Below, piece after piece: positions 59,036 to 64,000 of a stretch of DNA of 64,000 nucleotides (positions within the stretch are counted from its first letter, which is position 1; each line of letters starts with the position of its first letter). The notes beneath the pieces were generated by a model that was not told where the DNA came from, ran no database searches, and saw nothing but the letters and a program-made list of their open reading frames with translations. The stretch is taken from the NCBI GenBank assembly GCA_965237905.1, contig OZ250172.1:1760001-1824000 (forward strand), in the 5' to 3' direction. The DNA is from Nitrospinaceae bacterium. GTDB taxonomy: Bacteria > Nitrospinota > Nitrospinia > Nitrospinales > Nitrospinaceae. The translations under genes and the position numbers were made by a program.

Positions 59036-60205
59036 ATGGTAAATAAACCAAAGGCATCCCGAAAACCCAAAGCTGGACCCAAGAAAAGCCCAAAAGCTGC
59101 CCCTATATCAGCCTCAAGAAAATATTTAAGTCAAACGGATGTGCCTGGTGTCTCTTTAGAAAAAGCATTAAAAGTTTCACAGGCTTTAAATGACAATTTT
59201 GCGAAACATCCAACTAAACCCTTAATGATAGCTCAAGCTTTAGATATGTCTCCCACCTCGGGGCCCTTTAGGCAACTATGTGGTGCCGCTATAGCCTATG
59301 GTTTAACCGAAGGAGGCTATAATGCGGACCAAATTTCTCTAACTAACCTAGGCACTAGAATTGTTACTCCAACTGAAGAGGGTGATGATTTGATTGCTAA
59401 AAGGGAGGCCGTTCTAAAGCCGCGAGTTTTAAATGAATTTCTTAAACAATATGATGGTTCTCCTTTGCCAAAAGAAAATATTGCTTTAAATGTTTTAGAG
59501 GAATTTGGTGTTCCGAGAGATAAAACTGATAAAACATACCAATTAATTTTAGAAAGCGCCGAAGCAGTAAAAATAATTACTGAAATAAAGGGAAAGCAAT
59601 ATGTAAATTTAGAGTCTTCTGGAATTTCAACAGCTGAGGACGAGCAGGAAGAGCTTGCTGAAAGTGAAACCGCACAAACGCTTGAGAATCCTCCTGTAGA
59701 GGAAGTCATTAAGGATGAAAATGAAGAAACCATCTCTCAAGATAAACAAAAAAACTTAAAAAGAAAAAAACGAGTGTTTATTACCCATGGAAAGAAAAAG
59801 CATTTTATTGAACCAATTAAAAAGCTGTTAGATTTTGGTGAAATGGAACCCGTGGTTTCTACAGAAAAACAGTCCGTATCTCAACCTGTTCCCGATAAGG
59901 TAATCAATGATATGAGAAGTTGCGGAGCGGCCATAGTTCATGTTGATACGGATTCGATCGGAAAAAAAGAAGACGAAAAAATTAAAATTGTTAATTCCAA
60001 TGTTTTGATTGAGATCGGTGCCGCCATGGCTCTTTATGGTAAAAGATTTATTTTATTAGTAGAAGATGGTGTGGATTTGCCATCCAACCTTCAGGGACTA
60101 TACGAAGTAAGGTATGAAGGGGAAAATTTGGATAGTAATGCTACGATTAAATTACTCGAGGCAATTAAAGATATTAAAAATCATCCATTGCCAGAGGAAA
60201 AATAG
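59036..60205 (+). CDS. Protein with C-terminal Cap12/Pycsar-type TIR-like domain and helical N-terminal domain
   Basis: RVFITHG, NVLIEIG (catalytic Glu), LPSNLQG; visibly AT-rich versus neighbours. Confidence 0.85.
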   Translation: MVNKPKASRKPKAGPKKSPKAAPISASRKYLSQTDVPGVSLEKALKVSQALNDNFAKHPTKPLMIAQALDMSPTSGPFRQLCGAAIAYGLTEGGYNADQISLTNLGTRIVTPTEEGDDLIAKREAVLKPRVLNEFLKQYDGSPLPKENIALNVLEEFGVPRDKTDKTYQLILESAEAVKIITEIKGKQYVNLESSGISTAEDEQEELAESETAQTLENPPVEEVIKDENEETISQDKQKNLKRKKRVFITHGKKKHFIEPIKKLLDFGEMEPVVSTEKQSVSQPVPDKVINDMRSCGAAIVHVDTDSIGKKEDEKIKIVNSNVLIEIGAAMALYGKRFILLVEDGVDLPSNLQGLYEVRYEGENLDSNATIKLLEAIKDIKNHPLPEEK

Positions 60206-60284
60206 AGGTTCAGGTTGATGGGAAGATATTTAAGCTCACAGCCAGAGACCCTTCCTACTTAGACACATCTAAAGTTTCTATTTT

Positions 60285-61925
60285 TTATTTACCCTTTTGC
60301 GCAACGAGGAGGTAGCGGGTGGAGGGGCAGGTATCGGCTTTGTCGCCGATGGGTTGGAGAGTCACGGCATCATAGATATCCACTTTGCCTTTGAACGCTT
60401 TTGCGAATTCCTGACGCAAACGCCACATCGGCGGCAGGAATCTCAAATGCTTGCCTTCGTTGGTGATCAGTAACCGGTCGTTGTTGCGGCTGACGTTCAA
60501 AATCTCGCTCTGCTGGAACGTTCGGTTGCCTTCCTCGATCAGCACTGGATTGCGCAGGGAGATAACGTTGCCCGTCTTCGACCGGATCACGTGCGGATAC
60601 GTCCGGATGTGGTCCGGTGTGATGAAGTCGCCGAAAAAGTATCCGCCGGGCTTGGTGATTTGCGCCGTGACCGCCAACGCCTCGTCCAACTGCTCCGGCG
60701 ACAAATACTGAAACACGTTCAGCCCGCAGTAAGTGACGTCCCAGGTCTGATCGCCCAATGCCAGTATGTCTTCCGCCTTGGCGGTGATGCGGCGCGACGC
60801 CACCTGCACCATCGCCTCCGATTTGTCGATACCCAACAGGCGATCGCCCGGCACCCCCAGCTGTTTGATTAAATATTCCTCCACAATACCGGTACCGCAA
60901 CCGATGGACAGAAACTTCACCTTGTCCCGTTCGATCTTATATTTTTCAAAAACGAATTTTAAATACTCAGCGATGAACTCATCGAGGCAGGGCTGGCCGA
61001 TGACGTCGTCGTACAACTCGGCGTAGGTGTAAAACGGATCGCCCTGGTCGTCGGGAAAGAGTAACGCCTTCTGCACCTTGGCGGCGGCGATGAGTTCGTT
61101 GCGCAGTAACCGCCAGTAGCCCATGTCCGTCATGTGGCCGGATTTCTGATCGACGTGCGGGAACAGATCGTTTACAAATCTCTGCCAGTTGGACGTGTCA
61201 CACAATTTCTGGACAAGCTCCTGGTCGCGTTGTTCCAGATCGGCGGGTAACTCCATGTGGCGTTGGACGCGGTCGATGCGGTTTTTCAGTTCGATGACGT
61301 TGCGGAGCCATGTCAGGTAATCGGGATGCGGTCCCGGCTCGCGGCGTTTGATCTGGTTCTCCGGCATGGCGAAGAACACCCCGCCGTCGGTGCGCTGTAT
61401 GGTGTTTTCTTCGAGGTCGAAAATACGCGCGTCCGCGGTGACGCCGCCTTTGGAGCGGCCGTAACAACCGTACATGTGAAAGCTCATGAAATTTGTGTTG
61501 GACGGATTGCCCAGCTGATGCACCAGTTGATTCCCCACCGACATCACCTCGCCCGGTTTCACCTCGGCACGCGACAGGGTGGTGATGTCGCCGTCCTGCA
61601 CCAGGAACACCGAGTGCTCCGCCGGACCGAACACCTGCACCGCGCCCCACTCGGTATAGCCGTGATCGTGAATGGCGGAAAAATCCCCCGGCGTCCACGA
61701 CATGACCATCATTTCGAAATAGCCGCCGTCAAAAACCAGTTTGCGTCCATAGCTGTCGCGGATGGGGTGTTCGAGTTCGGACCAGGGTTCCAGGTCCTCC
61801 GTCTGCAGGTTGGCCGAAAGCAGGAGTTCGCGCGCCTTACGCGGAGTGAGGTCCTTCGCCTCCTCCAGCATGCGGATCAAATCCTGGATGGCAAACGGCA
61901 AACGATGTTTGTTCATGGCCGCCAT
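60285..61925 (-). CDS. Cysteine dioxygenase-like cupin fused to class I SAM methyltransferase
   Basis: YGRKL, WTPGDFSAIHDHG, HQLGN, SFHMY; FLSIGCGTG, GIDKSEAM, KPGGYF. Confidence 0.85.
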   Translation of the reverse strand: MAAMNKHRLPFAIQDLIRMLEEAKDLTPRKARELLLSANLQTEDLEPWSELEHPIRDSYGRKLVFDGGYFEMMVMSWTPGDFSAIHDHGYTEWGAVQVFGPAEHSVFLVQDGDITTLSRAEVKPGEVMSVGNQLVHQLGNPSNTNFMSFHMYGCYGRSKGGVTADARIFDLEENTIQRTDGGVFFAMPENQIKRREPGPHPDYLTWLRNVIELKNRIDRVQRHMELPADLEQRDQELVQKLCDTSNWQRFVNDLFPHVDQKSGHMTDMGYWRLLRNELIAAAKVQKALLFPDDQGDPFYTYAELYDDVIGQPCLDEFIAEYLKFVFEKYKIERDKVKFLSIGCGTGIVEEYLIKQLGVPGDRLLGIDKSEAMVQVASRRITAKAEDILALGDQTWDVTYCGLNVFQYLSPEQLDEALAVTAQITKPGGYFFGDFITPDHIRTYPHVIRSKTGNVISLRNPVLIEEGNRTFQQSEILNVSRNNDRLLITNEGKHLRFLPPMWRLRQEFAKAFKGKVDIYDAVTLQPIGDKADTCPSTRYLLVAQKGK

Positions 61926-62076
61926 GATGTTCCTATGTTGAATGGAGGAATCGGATGTTCTTCGAAAAACGCTACCTTAATAATATAGAGCAGAAATTTT
62001 GAATTTTTGGGAGAAATTGTACTCTTAGATCAAAAACTTCAATGATTTTAAAGCTTTGCGGGAGGTTGGGCCAGAC

Positions 62077-63300
62077 TTATTTCATCTTGTACTTGTCGAC
62101 AAATTTAAAATTCTGCCGGTTGTGGACGGGGTAGACGGTGAACAGCGGCGTGTTGTACGGGACCACGGCGGTGTCGGTGCCGGGGTTGAGCGTCAGGTGG
62201 ATGTTGACGAAGTTGAAGCTGAGTCCCTCCTGCCAGGGTTCCTTGGTGGACTCGGCATAAGCCGGAATCTTGTCGGACGCGTGACTGCGGGTCATCAGGC
62301 CGGAGCCGCCCTGCAGGCCGTACTCGTACAAATCCGGTGCGCCGGTCACCAGCACGGAGACCTGCGCCGAGTCGAACCATACTTTAAAATTCGAGACGAT
62401 TTGAACGTATGTGCCAAGGGTTCCCAGCCGTTCCAGCACGGTTGCGGGATACGCGTATTCCGGCGGCACGTTCGGCTTGTCGCCCTGAAATTTGAAATCC
62501 TTCTCCTTCACGCGGGAGAACGATACGAACAAAATGTTGGGATCGTCCAAGGCTACGTCCAGCACCTGCCCGTCCTGATAGCTGATCAGCTTATCCATCT
62601 CGTAGGCCAGCGGGAACGAGTAACCAAACTTGGTGTAGAAGATACGCGAGCCCGCGTCCAGCGGGTCGTCCGGCTTTTTGCTGATCTTGAGGTCGAACGG
62701 CAGCATCATGTGGAACGCGTTGGTGCGCGAATTCATGAACGGCGCGCAGGCGCCGGGAAACTCGCGGTGCACGCTCTTGTTGTCCGGCTCGAACTTGCGC
62801 GGTCCGCCGGTGAAGTTCTGGGCAGTCTTGGCCTGTTTGGTGAGGCTGAATTTGTTCTGGTAATACTCCGAGGCGCGCTTCTGGGCGACGTCCAGAAAAT
62901 AGTCGGGGATATCGGTCTGGACGACGAGTTGCTGGACCTCCGTCGTGTCACTGCGCGGCGCAGGACGCATGGCGTCGTTGTAAATTGCCAATTCCGATTC
63001 GGTTTTCTTGATGTCGTAATCCAGTTGCCGCGAAAGATCCGTGTTCGAGTAGCGCGTCTGGGAGAGCAGGGCCTTGGTCTTCTGGAGCATCTCCAGTTTC
63101 TGGCTGAAGCGTTTCGGCTCGTCCGCCAACGATTGCACCGTCGCCATCAACAGGCCGAACTGTTCCTCCGGTTCGAGGCCGATGCCGCCCAAGTCGTTGT
63201 CCTTGATGAAGGCCAGGGCCATCGGGCCGAACGCCTCTTCCCCGCGGATGTTCAGGGTCAACAAATAATTGAGATAGGAACGCGCTTCTTTGAGATCCAA
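62077..63300 (-). CDS. Hypothetical protein: helical N-terminus plus possible DUF6065/dUTPase-like domain
   Basis: 407 aa, TTG start with GGGAGG RBS; CAPF...LPFD and PYNTPLFTVYP motifs. Confidence 0.7.
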   Translation of the reverse strand: MDLKEARSYLNYLLTLNIRGEEAFGPMALAFIKDNDLGGIGLEPEEQFGLLMATVQSLADEPKRFSQKLEMLQKTKALLSQTRYSNTDLSRQLDYDIKKTESELAIYNDAMRPAPRSDTTEVQQLVVQTDIPDYFLDVAQKRASEYYQNKFSLTKQAKTAQNFTGGPRKFEPDNKSVHREFPGACAPFMNSRTNAFHMMLPFDLKISKKPDDPLDAGSRIFYTKFGYSFPLAYEMDKLISYQDGQVLDVALDDPNILFVSFSRVKEKDFKFQGDKPNVPPEYAYPATVLERLGTLGTYVQIVSNFKVWFDSAQVSVLVTGAPDLYEYGLQGGSGLMTRSHASDKIPAYAESTKEPWQEGLSFNFVNIHLTLNPGTDTAVVPYNTPLFTVYPVHNRQNFKFVDKYKMK

Positions 63301-63436
63301 AACGGCCTCCCGGGCCAGTTAACCATTTAAAATACAGGGTTTATGGGATGGAGCATTATGGACTTTCGTCTGCTGGAGTGCAAGATTTTTCTGATCCGAT
63401 GGGAGTGAAGCGGACAAGATGAAAAGATAGGATTTA

Positions 63437-63667
63437 CCGCAGAGGGCGCAGAGTCCGCAGAGAAATCTTTAAGCAGACAGGTCCTCCCAAACAGGTGATA
63501 ACCATCAACGTCTTGGAGGAACGAATAACGGGATGACAGGATGCACAGGATTTCAAAAATCTCCTCTCCCCTCATGGGGAGAGGATTAAGGTGAGGGGTG
63601 GAGTTTTGTAGTTGCTCGATTTATCGAGCATTTTTGAAGGGAGCCCTATAAATGAGGTAACTACAAA
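63437..63667. repeat. Mosaic of short repeats including a GTAG-type REP doublet
   Basis: CGCAGAG x3 near 63438-63462; CTCCTCTCCCCTCATGGGGAGAGGATTAAGGTGAG 63561-63595; TTTGTAGTTGCTCGATTTATCGAGC...GGTAACTACAAA 63605-63667. Confidence 0.7.
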
Positions 63668-63706
63668 TCAAGCCCTTATGTAAAGGTCTCGGTGAAAAGA
63701 GGTGGG

Positions 63707-64000
63707 TCATCTGAGTTCCTTAAATATGCGGATCAACTCGTCGAGGGCTTCGGAATCGGTCACACGGAACAACTGCTCGACCTGCTTGAGCAATTCGTCC
63801 CGGCTGGAAAAATTCAGTTCGATTTTGAACTGGTCGTTCTCGAAATTCTCCGGCGTGCGCAATTTGATTTTGCCGTCGAACTTCATTTGGTCGATGGCCC
63901 GGTAAACCTGCTTCTGGAGGTCGGTGAGCACCGGGTAGCGCCACAGGCGCAGTTGCTTATGCACAGCCTCGTATTTTTCGTTGATGGGCAGGTCGGCATT
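63707..64000 (-). CDS. C-terminal part of a gene running off the window, possibly a ParB/Srx-domain protein
   Basis: Open to window edge; LRLWRYPVL...PENFE...IELNFSS resembles C-termini of deltaproteobacterial ParB-like proteins. Confidence 0.45.
   Translation of the reverse strand, partial: NADLPINEKYEAVHKQLRLWRYPVLTDLQKQVYRAIDQMKFDGKIKLRTPENFENDQFKIELNFSSRDELLKQVEQLFRVTDSEALDELIRIFKELR

Noticed and set aside
46364..60205. Pycsar-like pairing of the cyclase with the TIR gene
   Set aside because: About 10 kb apart with housekeeping genes between; the cyclase is a membrane signalling type and the TIR protein has no cNMP-binding domain
50708..63330. Long antisense ORFs opposite gdhA, purM, uvrC and the 407 aa gene
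   Set aside because: Shadow ORFs of GC3-rich genes with no motifs

Overview
Chromosomal window from a Nitrospinota-type (Nitrospina-like) nitrite oxidiser, inferred from a Tat-exported periplasmic-type nxrA-nxrB-nxrC operon (11424-17409). It also holds a sigma54-driven flagellar cluster (flgFGAHI, flgJNKL), tmRNA (tag ANDYDYAVAA) followed by a run of small accessory genes, housekeeping genes (lnt, aminotransferase, coaD, tag, mscS, gdhA, purM, uvrC) and many signalling genes. The strongest novelty candidate is one conserved 4-TM membrane input module found three times: fused to an adenylate cyclase(TPR-insert)-HD-GYP protein, fused to a phytochrome-type histidine kinase, and standing alone. 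Other candidates are a cysteine dioxygenase-methyltransferase fusion, an orphan AT-rich TIR protein, a DnaD-like/DnaC-like pair near a helically phased TTATAAC array, tandem unknown paralogs next to ssrA and several families of short REP-like palindromes. Two genes (flgH, DUF2157) are broken at 8-nt homopolymers. No CRISPR array, rRNA, intact tRNA, integrase or transposase was seen. All family calls come from motif recognition by eye, not database searches.
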